This document shows positions 53,327-61,735 of a stretch of 64,000 bases of DNA, one piece after another. A program made the translations under genes and the position numbers. The notes beneath the pieces were generated by a model. That model made no database searches and had not been told where the DNA came from. It saw nothing but the letters and a program-made list of their open reading frames with translations. Positions within the stretch are counted from its first letter, which is position 1, and each line of letters opens with the position of its first letter. Origin of the DNA: an uncultured Chthonomonadaceae bacterium (GTDB lineage: Bacteria > Armatimonadota > Chthonomonadetes > Chthonomonadales > Chthonomonadaceae); NCBI GenBank assembly GCA_963817895.1, contig CAWFQB010000014.1, forward strand, positions 224,001 through 288,000. Direction: 5' to 3'.

Positions 53327-54192
53327 TACGCTTCCGTCACAGTGTCAGTAGACATCCGCGCCAATTCGCGGGCGCACAAAAACATGGCGATTACGGCGGA
53401 TACCATAATCACAACCCGCGCCGTAACGCTCACCAGCAGCCAGCCACCGCAAAAACCGCCGATCAATCCCGCCGCGATAATCTCTGTTCGCAACGCTGTA
53501 TCTACCAGTCCCTTACGATTATACGCCATTGCGGGCAGCGCGGACGCCAGCGCGATTACGAACAGGGACAACCCCACTGCCGGAGCCGCCTGATTGATGG
53601 CTCCATTAATGGTTACAACGCGGATACCGCTAAAAAAATAAAGCGCAGGCACTAACAGCGTGCCGCCCCCCAATCCTAAAACCTGTGTTGCCACTCCGCT
53701 TGCCAATCCTAATAACAGCAGCAGGCCGGGAGTATGCCATTCCGCAATATTCGGCCTGCCGGTAAACAGTCCTCCCGAATGGGAAGCCTGCACAATAACA
53801 GCCAGCATCAGCGCGATGCCTATGGAAGCGGACATGCGCCGCCAGCCCTGCCCCTGTAGTTTCCTGGCAACCGGGGCGGCCACAATCGCGCCAATCACGG
53901 CCCCTATCAACAGCATCACGCCGCTAAGAATAAATCCCGTCGGCATAGCCCCCGCCGCATACGCCGCCAACACGCCCGCCACCGCCGTCCATGCCGCAAA
54001 ATTCAGCGCGGTTCCCTGCGCTTTATCGGGCGCGTACCCCAGCATCCATGTCAGCATGGGCGCATACGCGGCCTGCGCTCCCAAACCCGTAATGCCGCTT
54101 ACCAGCGCCGTAATCCATCCAATGACAAAAACAATCGTCGCCTTGAGTTTGCCGATATTAAGCGGTCGCCGTCGCGCAGAACGCCAATTCAT
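53326..54192 (-). CDS. Sulfite exporter TauE/SafE family membrane protein
   Basis: Two repeats SGITGLG...P and LGLGGGTLLVP; AQGTAL. Confidence 0.8.
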   Translation of the reverse strand: MNWRSARRRPLNIGKLKATIVFVIGWITALVSGITGLGAQAAYAPMLTWMLGYAPDKAQGTALNFAAWTAVAGVLAAYAAGAMPTGFILSGVMLLIGAVIGAIVAAPVARKLQGQGWRRMSASIGIALMLAVIVQASHSGGLFTGRPNIAEWHTPGLLLLLGLASGVATQVLGLGGGTLLVPALYFFSGIRVVTINGAINQAAPAVGLSLFVIALASALPAMAYNRKGLVDTALRTEIIAAGLIGGFCGGWLLVSVTARVVIMVSAVIAMFLCARELARMSTDTVTEA

Positions 54193-54213
54193 AATCTATA
54201 TCCGTTTCTCGTG

Positions 54214-55536
54214 TCAGCCTTTGATGCCGGTCAGCGTGATCCCCTGAATGAAGTAACGCTGCGAAAAGAAGAACAGTGCCAGAACCGGCAGCATCACCAT
54301 TGTCGAAAACGCCATCAACTGTCCCATTTCGCTGCTGTGTCCCGATTGAAACAACTGTAACGCATAGGCGAGCGGCTGATTTTCCGGCGAACTGATGTAA
54401 ATCAGTGGCCCCTGAAAGTTGTTCCATGCCCCCATAAACGCCATAATCGTAATCGCGGCAAGCGCGGGCTTTACCTGCGGTAGCATGATGCGCCAGAAAA
54501 TCGTGTAGTACGAACACCCGTCTATCTTCGCGGCATCCTCCAATTCGTTCGGGATGCTCATAAAAAACTGTCGCAGCAGAAAAATGTTGAACGCCGAGCC
54601 GAAGAAACTCGGAACCCACAGCGGTTTGAGCGTATCCACCCATCCGAGCGACCGAAATATCAGAAACAGCGGCATCATCGTCACCGCGCCGGGTAGCATC
54701 ATGGTTGCCAGCAGCACGAGAAACATCTGTTCGCGCCCCGGCCACTTCAGCCGCGCGAAACTGTACGCCACCATGGAAGACGAAAGCAGCGTCCCTAAAA
54801 TGCTCAACACGGAAATAATCAGCGTGTTCTTCAAAAACACCAGACCAAAGTTTGTTTCCGGCGGCAAAAACTTTAGCGCGTCCCAATAGTTCTTCCACAC
54901 AGGCGCAAAGTGCCGGATGTCCTTCAGTTCGCTTTTATTACATACGAAAGACTGTCCCGCAAGAGCAGCCGGTTTCACAATCTGAACCTGCCGCTCACCC
55001 GTTTCATACTCCTTTATAACGGCGACTTCAACCGCTTGCCCGTTGCGCGTGGTTGTCGCCAGCCCGCGCTCTTGCCCTGCAATCACCTGCTTCACCTGTT
55101 GCGTCGGTATCCAAACGGGCGGAAACTTGCTCATCTCCGCGTCTTCCTTCAGCGAAGTCACCACCAGCCACGCGAAAGGAATCAAAAACAGGATGGAACC
55201 TGTCAGCAAGGTCAAATGAAGCGTCGCCTGTCGCGCAGCCTCCCTGCCGAACTTCTTGTCCTGCCATGCCAATCGAGGCCGCAGCGCGAGACGCCAGACT
55301 CCCACCTCTAACACAACCGCCAGAATCCCCGCCACCAACAAATGCGCCGCGCCATTCAAGGGCAGCCCGATGAACAGCAGCACACTAATCAATACCGCGC
55401 CTGCCACGCTTGCCAGAGCGGTTTTCCCGCGCAGCCTGATTGCCATTGCCACCAGAACAATGCCGCCGCCGAGACACGCATACAGCAGCACAACGCCAAG
55501 CAGTAAAATCACCGGTTCCAGAGTTTTCGATAACAA
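54214..55536 (-). CDS. Carbohydrate ABC transporter permease (MalG-like) with N-terminal extension
   Basis: FLLRQFFMSIPNELEDAAKIDG (EAA loop), WNNF.GPL, QRYFIQGITLTGIKG. Confidence 0.93.
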   Translation of the reverse strand: MLSKTLEPVILLLGVVLLYACLGGGIVLVAMAIRLRGKTALASVAGAVLISVLLFIGLPLNGAAHLLVAGILAVVLEVGVWRLALRPRLAWQDKKFGREAARQATLHLTLLTGSILFLIPFAWLVVTSLKEDAEMSKFPPVWIPTQQVKQVIAGQERGLATTTRNGQAVEVAVIKEYETGERQVQIVKPAALAGQSFVCNKSELKDIRHFAPVWKNYWDALKFLPPETNFGLVFLKNTLIISVLSILGTLLSSSMVAYSFARLKWPGREQMFLVLLATMMLPGAVTMMPLFLIFRSLGWVDTLKPLWVPSFFGSAFNIFLLRQFFMSIPNELEDAAKIDGCSYYTIFWRIMLPQVKPALAAITIMAFMGAWNNFQGPLIYISSPENQPLAYALQLFQSGHSSEMGQLMAFSTMVMLPVLALFFFSQRYFIQGITLTGIKG

Positions 55537-55662
55537 CGCTGTCAGCCCTCATCTCGTGTAAAAATAGGATTGGTGTCTCACGTTCCACCCGTCATCAAAT
55601 AGACAATCGTAGCAAGCTCATAGTTCACAGTTCCCTATCCACTACAAACTCTCAACTATCAA

Positions 55663-56220
55663 CTACTTCCTGCCCCTGCTCCCAAGCAGTCCCGCCAACC
55701 CGCTCTTATTCTTTGCCTGCGCCTGTTGCGCCTTCAATTCCGCTTCCGCTTTCGCCTGCGCCGCTGCCGCATTATGCGACAGCACAAGATGCGCCAACTC
55801 GTACATTTGCTCTTGAAGCCGCTGAATAGCGCGTGTCAACTCCTGTTGTGTGGTCAGCAATTGCGCGATTTGCGCGTCTTTCTCCTCTAATTGCCGCTTC
55901 AAAGTTTCCTCTTGATTCGTCGCGCCTCCTGCATCGCCAGCAGTATCCATGTCTGCCAAATGTGACATGGATACTGCATTTGACCGAGATTTAATTCGTT
56001 TGAATTTCACCGTCATGTCTGCCATATTACTGCCACAATTGTCAGTGTTGTCAGCAGTATTTCCACGCTCTAACTCGCCCGTTTTCAACATTCTATACAC
56101 AGTTCGCTCAGACACATTCAGTCTTCTCGCCGCTTCAGCAACGCCCACAACAACATGCTCATCGCACGCGACATTCGGCTTATCCACTCTGATTCTTATA
56201 GCAACCGGACGCTGCCCCAT
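55663..56220 (-). CDS. HTH (excisionase-like) plus coiled-coil protein with amphipathic C-terminal tail
   Basis: VAEAARRLNVSERTVYRMLKTGEL; LKRQLEEKDAQIAQL; tail KNKSGLAGLLGSRGRK. Confidence 0.8.
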   Translation of the reverse strand: MGQRPVAIRIRVDKPNVACDEHVVVGVAEAARRLNVSERTVYRMLKTGELERGNTADNTDNCGSNMADMTVKFKRIKSRSNAVSMSHLADMDTAGDAGGATNQEETLKRQLEEKDAQIAQLLTTQQELTRAIQRLQEQMYELAHLVLSHNAAAAQAKAEAELKAQQAQAKNKSGLAGLLGSRGRK

Positions 56221-56316
56221 ATCGAATTCCTCATGTCAACCAGTGTCAGCCGATGTTCGCCAACAAACCACACCTTGAAGGTAAGCACGCATAAACAGCT
56301 ATAACAGAATGTTATG

Positions 56317-56345
56317 ACTTCCGATACTGCAAGCGTATCGGAAGT
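56317..56345. other. 11-7-11 inverted repeat (terminator or tyrosine-recombinase-like site)
   Basis: ACTTCCGATAC-TGCAAGC-GTATCGGAAGT. Confidence 0.5.
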
Positions 56346-56394
56346 TATAGACTACTGCAACCTGCTGAACTTGGCTTTACTCGCAAGCCCTTTT

Positions 56395-56844
56395 CTATAG
56401 GCCGAGCAACTCTGCAAAGGCTTCAATACTGGGCGCTACCTCAATCCACCAGTTACCCCAAACAGGATTAACTGCCTTAGCCTCAACCGACCATTCTAGC
56501 GTCAACACTTGCGGCCTATCCATAGAAGCCCGATAATCAAGAGCAATAGGCTGATCAGAGCCATTGCCCAAGTCTCCTATAAGAATTGACAATTGGGGGT
56601 TTATACTACTAGGTAACTCCATAGTTGTGAGTACACCAAGCCACATGGAATCGTGCTCGGTGTACCAATGCTCATTTTCGAGCAGCATAAACTCCAGTGT
56701 ATAAAACATGGCGTCGCTGCCACGTACAGGGAAAATACGTTTCAATACTGCTGTATCAGTTGGAAACCTCCACTGACCTGCATCTATCAGAGTGAGTAGG
56801 TATGACGGTAAGGGTAAGCCATTGATTGAGGTTGTAGACAACAT
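56395..56844 (-). CDS. SMI1/KNR4-like immunity protein
   Basis: LPLPSY, ILIGDLG.GSDQPIALDYR...PQV and WIEVAPSIEAFAELL; visibly more AT-rich than its neighbours. Confidence 0.75.
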   Translation of the reverse strand: MLSTTSINGLPLPSYLLTLIDAGQWRFPTDTAVLKRIFPVRGSDAMFYTLEFMLLENEHWYTEHDSMWLGVLTTMELPSSINPQLSILIGDLGNGSDQPIALDYRASMDRPQVLTLEWSVEAKAVNPVWGNWWIEVAPSIEAFAELLGL

Positions 56845-56865
56845 AAATTTACGTACCTCCTTCCA

Positions 56866-59355
56866 CTACTTCTCCGATTCGTAGTACACCCACTTCTGCG
56901 CGGCCTTCAACTGGATTACCGTGAGCGTCAGAATCAGCACGAACAGTATCCACGCCAGCGCGGACGCATACCCCATCTTGAAATACTGGAAAGCGTTCTT
57001 GAACAGGTACATGACCGGCAGCAGCAGACTGTCTACGGGGCCAATCGGCTTGCTCGGATCGCCGCCTGTCAGCACATAAGGGCGGTCGAACTCCTGTAGC
57101 GCGTTAATGGTTCCCATAATCAGGTTGAACAGGATGTACGGCGACAGCATCGGCAACGTCACATGCCGGAATTTTGTCAGCAGTCCCGCTCCGTCCAGAT
57201 CGGCGGCCTCGTACAGATGCACGGGAACGCCCTGCAATCCCGCCAGCCACAAAATCATTCCCGCGCCCGCGCCCCACAGCCCGTTCAAGATCAGGGCAGG
57301 TTTGGCCCACTGCGCCGCGCCAAGCCAGCCGGGTGGCGGCACATGAAACCACGTCCCCAATGTCGCCTGCCAGCCCGCGTTGAGCAGGCCGCGATTCGGG
57401 TCGGCGTTGAGTATCCATGTCCACAGCACCGCGCTCGCCACAACCGGCACAATCGCCGGCACATAAAAGAACGTGCGGTACAAACTCATGCCGGACACTT
57501 TCGCGTTCAGCAGCAGCGCAATCGCAAGGCTGGTGGACAATCCGAGTGGAATACCTACCGCCGCCAGATAAAGCACGTTCTTGAGCGACACGCTCAAGTA
57601 GTAACTGTCGCGTCCAAGCAGGTCGGCGTAATTGTTCAGCCCCACAAACCGCGCGGGGTGCATCACGTCGTAATCGCAGAAACTCAGGAAGATGCTCACG
57701 AGGATTGGCCCCGCCGTCAGCGCGACAAACCCTATTATCCACGGCGCGGCGAACACGTACCCCGCCGTCGCCTCCTGCCGCGTCAGCCGTCGCATCTTCC
57801 GCAGCGCCAACAGACGCCATGCGAAAAAGACGACTACACCTGCGCCGATAAGCGATGCGAGCGTAAGTGGAATGGCAGGATTAAGAGTTTTGTACTGGTT
57901 CTTGGCGAAAACTTTATCCAGTTCCCGTTGTACGACTAACGTACCCTCGTCCATAGACTGCTGCGCCGTCTTGCCCGTTGTCGCATGGTGTGTGGCGTTC
58001 TCGAAAGCGCGTACATGCTCATCCCACAAACGCTGTCCCACAAACGTCACCGGACGAAACCGCGCATGATCCATCATCTGCGCGAACAACTGCATGGAAT
58101 CGCGAAACTTGGGGGATTTGGGCGGAAACTCGCGATACACGGCCTCATTGATCTTGCGGTTTGCGGACAAACCCGGCACGAGCGGGCGTTCTTTGGTATA
58201 GTAATACGCTTTTGTCGCCTTCGCGTCAATCAGCGCCGCTTCCGGGCTGACCATCCACTTGATGAACTGCCACGCCTCCTCGACATGCTTCGCGCCACGC
58301 GGCAGCGCATACGAAAATCCCCCCGCCCACGTTACAAACGTATCTTTATCGTCCTTGAACTTGCCCTCGTGATGTAAACGCGCAGTGGGAACCGGCGCCG
58401 GGGCAACCCCGAAATCCAGATCGGGGCCATACCGCGCGATCCCCTGCGGAATCCACGAGCCGTCAATCTTCATTGCCACTTTGTTCGTCAGGAACGGGTC
58501 CTGCTCATTGGATTGAAAGCCGGATTGAAACGCGGTCACTCTGTCCACGCCGCCCAGCGCGTCGTACACCTTGACCATGTACTCCAGCGCTTCCACATTC
58601 GGCTTCGCGTTCATCGTGCAGGTTCTGCCATCCGCAGACATAAATTCGCCATCGTTCTGCCAGGCATACACGTACAGCCACGAGTTGCCGTAATTGGGAA
58701 TAAAGCCGATGCGGTCATACGTGCCATCCGGCTTGTCCCGCGTCAGTTTTTTGGCGTCCGCAAGCAGTTCCTCCCACGTTTGCGGCGGTTTCGGCTCCCC
58801 TTTCGCGTCCACAATGCCCGCCTCGCGAAACAGCGTTTTGTTATAAATCAGCAGGCGATCATCCGTAGAGTCGGGAATGGCAAACAGCGCGGATTTGCCC
58901 GTGATGGGATCAGTATAATTCGCTTCCTTCCAACAGGCCGGGTAAAAGTCCGCTTCGTGTATGCCGTCCGCCGCGCGTTGGTCGCGTTTGTACAGGTCGT
59001 CCAGCGGCATAAACGCATCCCGTGACGCCCAATCGCCAATAGTGAACCGATCCTGATGTATAATATCCGGCGGCACATTCCCGACAATCGCCGTCATCAG
59101 CTTCTGTGGGTTCATCGAACCCGCGCCCATAGATAATATGCTGACCTCAATATTAGGATGTCGCTTCTCGAACTCCGCCACCTTCGCCCGCAGTCCCCGG
59201 CTCTCTTCCCCGTATTCCAGCCCCCACACTACCAGCTTGACCCTGTTAGAGGAAGCAGTCTCCACCGGATGCGAACAGCCTGTCAAAGCGCCCGCCATCA
59301 GCCAGATTGCCAGCAAAAATCCCAAACGCGCCATCATCGGCCCACTTCGCCACAT
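56866..59355 (-). CDS. Fused solute-binding lipoprotein and carbohydrate ABC permease (MalF-like)
   Basis: Lipobox LTGC; SBP motifs PPDI, LIYNKTLFREAGI, PQTWEEL; permease motif LAGLQGVPVHLYEAADLDGA; start 59355 or 59337. Confidence 0.92.
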   Translation of the reverse strand: MWRSGPMMARLGFLLAIWLMAGALTGCSHPVETASSNRVKLVVWGLEYGEESRGLRAKVAEFEKRHPNIEVSILSMGAGSMNPQKLMTAIVGNVPPDIIHQDRFTIGDWASRDAFMPLDDLYKRDQRAADGIHEADFYPACWKEANYTDPITGKSALFAIPDSTDDRLLIYNKTLFREAGIVDAKGEPKPPQTWEELLADAKKLTRDKPDGTYDRIGFIPNYGNSWLYVYAWQNDGEFMSADGRTCTMNAKPNVEALEYMVKVYDALGGVDRVTAFQSGFQSNEQDPFLTNKVAMKIDGSWIPQGIARYGPDLDFGVAPAPVPTARLHHEGKFKDDKDTFVTWAGGFSYALPRGAKHVEEAWQFIKWMVSPEAALIDAKATKAYYYTKERPLVPGLSANRKINEAVYREFPPKSPKFRDSMQLFAQMMDHARFRPVTFVGQRLWDEHVRAFENATHHATTGKTAQQSMDEGTLVVQRELDKVFAKNQYKTLNPAIPLTLASLIGAGVVVFFAWRLLALRKMRRLTRQEATAGYVFAAPWIIGFVALTAGPILVSIFLSFCDYDVMHPARFVGLNNYADLLGRDSYYLSVSLKNVLYLAAVGIPLGLSTSLAIALLLNAKVSGMSLYRTFFYVPAIVPVVASAVLWTWILNADPNRGLLNAGWQATLGTWFHVPPPGWLGAAQWAKPALILNGLWGAGAGMILWLAGLQGVPVHLYEAADLDGAGLLTKFRHVTLPMLSPYILFNLIMGTINALQEFDRPYVLTGGDPSKPIGPVDSLLLPVMYLFKNAFQYFKMGYASALAWILFVLILTLTVIQLKAAQKWVYYESEK

Positions 59356-59374
59356 GGATTGTATCCTTATATCA

Positions 59375-59635
59375 CTATAGCTCGTCGCTGCCACTGACGT
59401 AGTCCTGCGGGGCTATGTCTATGTCCGGGTCGGTTCCGTAGTTTTCCACGCCCCAGCCCACGTCCTGAAACCAGAACGAGAACTCCGGCTGCGAAGTGAC
59501 CGCGCCGTCCGCGAGGGGATTGCGCGGCCAGATGCCGATCACGCCGCCCCATGTCCGCTTACCCACAAGCGGGCCAAGTTTCATCAGTTTCCAGACGTGG
59601 CTGAAAATGTCGCCAGCCAATTGCTCATGGTTCAT
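59375..59635 (-). pseudogene. Duplicated fragment of the tricorn protease C-terminal region
   Basis: 59390-59614 matches 61850-62080 except for one substitution and one missing ATGTCT hexamer. Confidence 0.88.
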
Positions 59636-59973
59636 GCGGCGATTGTTTCGGCATACTGACGCGTGTTTGGCAAGTGAAAGGCGAGAACAACATCCTGCGG
59701 AGAAACGCCTTCTTCAATCAGAGCGTTGGCAATGGGCGCATCGGTCATATCGTCTTCAATCCAGATTTGCTGTCCGCGCAGGGTTAGAAAAAGCGTATTG
59801 CCGCTGATACGCTTGCGCTTCATCCATCCCAATGTAATAAGGGCGTATTGTCCGCGTTCATCGTCAAAGAAACAGCGCACTTCCAAGCCTTCCGGCAACA
59901 CCGGCTGCACCATGCGCTCACGCTCACATAACAGGCGCTTGATAATCTCTCGATATTCCGCTACTTGATCCAT
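59632..59973 (-). CDS. xisI: XisI family protein
   Basis: YREIIKRLL, FDDERGQY...GW, IWIEDD.T..IA..L...GV...DVVLAFH.P. Confidence 0.9.
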   Translation of the reverse strand: MDQVAEYREIIKRLLCERERMVQPVLPEGLEVRCFFDDERGQYALITLGWMKRKRISGNTLFLTLRGQQIWIEDDMTDAPIANALIEEGVSPQDVVLAFHLPNTRQYAETIAA

Positions 59974-60011
59974 TCCTTTATCTCCTCTCGTTCCGCATCC
60001 ACAACCAAATT
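59961..60011 (-). pseudogene. XisH C-terminal remnant
   Basis: NLVVDAEREEIKEWIK-stop overlaps the xisI start as xisH normally does; no upstream body. Confidence 0.6.
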
Positions 60012-60043
60012 TTAATTGCGTTCAATAGATTCCCAACAACCAA

Positions 60044-60073
60044 AAGGAGAGCGCAGATCGTTGCGCTCTCCTT
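60044..60073 (-). terminator. Intrinsic terminator
   Basis: AAGGAGAGCGCA-N6-TGCGCTCTCCTT followed by T residues on the minus strand. Confidence 0.65.
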
Positions 60074-60106
60074 CATTATACACCGGAACCAGACAACACA
60101 GGCTCA

Positions 60107-60649
60107 CTACTTCTTTTTTAGTTCCTCAACCTGCTTTTTGAGGTCATCAATCTGTTTCTGCATCTCCTCCAACTTTTGAGAGATGATGATGGCTGACAGG
60201 GTAGGTTCAACTGGCTCTCCAATCACTTCAAGGGCTTCTCCTTTGTGCATAGTAATATCAATCTTGTTGATTTCCCCCCCTTTAACCATTACGCCATTTA
60301 TTCGCAATGGCCTTAACTTAACCAAGTCAGGGCGTGTGTTATCTACGAAGATGTCATATATGCCGGGTTTGAGTTCAATTCGATAGAGGCCACCCAAGTC
60401 GCCCTGAAATCGATTGACATAGACATCCTCGCCTTCACGATTCTTTATTATTATTGATATCGGGATTTGCTTATAGAGTGGCTCATTCTCTTCATCCAAT
60501 GCCATTCCTTCCAGAAAAGTCTTGCCGAGAATGGGCGCAGGTTTGGGCTTAGGAGTCTGCGCGAGGGCGAATTGCGGTTTATTGATAGTGAAGGCGGCGA
60601 ACAACGCGAACAGCACGAACAGAATGGCGAGAGCAGATTTGCGGGACAT
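60107..60649 (-). CDS. Secreted protein with carboxypeptidase-regulatory-like beta domain and C-terminal coiled coil
   Basis: Signal peptide; GLYRIELKPGIYDIFV; LEEMQKQIDDLKKQVEELKKK. Confidence 0.7.
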   Translation of the reverse strand: MSRKSALAILFVLFALFAAFTINKPQFALAQTPKPKPAPILGKTFLEGMALDEENEPLYKQIPISIIIKNREGEDVYVNRFQGDLGGLYRIELKPGIYDIFVDNTRPDLVKLRPLRINGVMVKGGEINKIDITMHKGEALEVIGEPVEPTLSAIIISQKLEEMQKQIDDLKKQVEELKKK

Positions 60650-60879
60650 GGGAGGTTCTCCTTCATTGCCCGACGGAGAGTTGTGCGGTTTTCTGCCAAC
60701 TCAAAAGGGTGATTTTGGCTGTAGCCATTCTTGCTGAACGGATCGGCATAAACAACGTGTCAGTAGTTACAGATACTTTTCGTAACTTTTAACATTATAG
60801 CATATTTTATGAACTTCGCGTCACGCCTGTATCTGCACGACTGCCTTTTTGCCGAAAATAGAGAAGCGTGGTTCAGGGC

Positions 60880-60908
60880 TTGACAATATACGGTTGGTTT
60901 GCTATGAT
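60880..60908 (+). promoter_or_regulatory. sigma70-type promoter of the toxin-antitoxin pair
   Basis: TTGACA-17 bp-TATGAT with extended -10 TG. Confidence 0.7.
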
Positions 60909-60955
60909 ACTGTGAGGTTGATTCAGTCTGTGAGTTTACGTGCCGGAGGAAAACC

Positions 60956-61219
60956 ATGTCTCTATTGGACATACCGAAAGTTCCAGAGGAAGTAAAGTCC
61001 GCTTCCAAACCGTTTGCTGCGGATGTAAATACGTCTTTTGAAACAGTTGAAACAGAGCAATCCTCGTGTACAATCGAAGCCTTTTCCTTGCAAGGTGAGA
61101 TACCTCAACCTGCTGCCGATGCGTGGAAAGAAACCATTGGCATGTTCGACGGGGACAAGCTGTTCAAAGAACTATCTGAGGCAGGCAAAACCATTCGTGA
61201 ATCGCAGCGGGAAAACTAA
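60956..61219 (+). CDS. Putative antitoxin
   Basis: 87-aa acidic ORF with WKETIGMFDGD..F; stop overlaps the PIN toxin start (TAATG). Confidence 0.75.
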   Translation: MSLLDIPKVPEEVKSASKPFAADVNTSFETVETEQSSCTIEAFSLQGEIPQPAADAWKETIGMFDGDKLFKELSEAGKTIRESQREN

Positions 61220-61665
61220 TGCTCATTCTGGACACGAATCATCTGGACGCATTGATGTATGAACATGAGCGGCGTAGCCTGCTCGTGGCGCGTTTGGAAA
61301 AGGCTGCGCCAGAGCATGTAGTCGCAACCACGGTTATCAATGTTCAAGAGAAATTCAACGGCTGGCTTTCCAAAATCAATTCCAGCAACACGCCGCTTCC
61401 CTTGCAGGTTCAATACTATGCTGAAATGGAGAAACTGATTCGCTTCTTCTCACACTGGCGAGTTCTTTCCTTTGACACAACGGCAGCGGACGTGTATACA
61501 AGCCTGAAGAATTCTAATGCGCGTTCTGCGGGAACAAATGACCTCAAAATAGCTGCGATTGCCATTTGTCATAATGCGATACTGCTCACAAGGAATACCA
61601 ATGATTTCAGAAAAGTTCCAAATCTAGTTGTTGAAGACTGGCTGGCAGATGCGCCGCAAGAATAA
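61219..61665 (+). CDS. vapC: VapC/PIN domain toxin
   Basis: LILDTNH, E, DLKIAAIA and LLTRNTNDFRKVPNL. Confidence 0.92.
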   Translation: MLILDTNHLDALMYEHERRSLLVARLEKAAPEHVVATTVINVQEKFNGWLSKINSSNTPLPLQVQYYAEMEKLIRFFSHWRVLSFDTTAADVYTSLKNSNARSAGTNDLKIAAIAICHNAILLTRNTNDFRKVPNLVVEDWLADAPQE

Positions 61666-61690
61666 TGCCCGTATAAATGTCTACAGGCAT

Positions 61691-61733
61691 CAAAGCAGGC
61701 GGCAGAAACCAAAAGTTTCTGCCGCCTGCTTTG
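61691..61733. terminator. Bidirectional terminator between vapC and tricorn
   Basis: CAAAGCAGGCGGCAGAAAC-caaaa-GTTTCTGCCGCCTGCTTTG. Confidence 0.75.
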
Positions 61734-61735
61734 TT

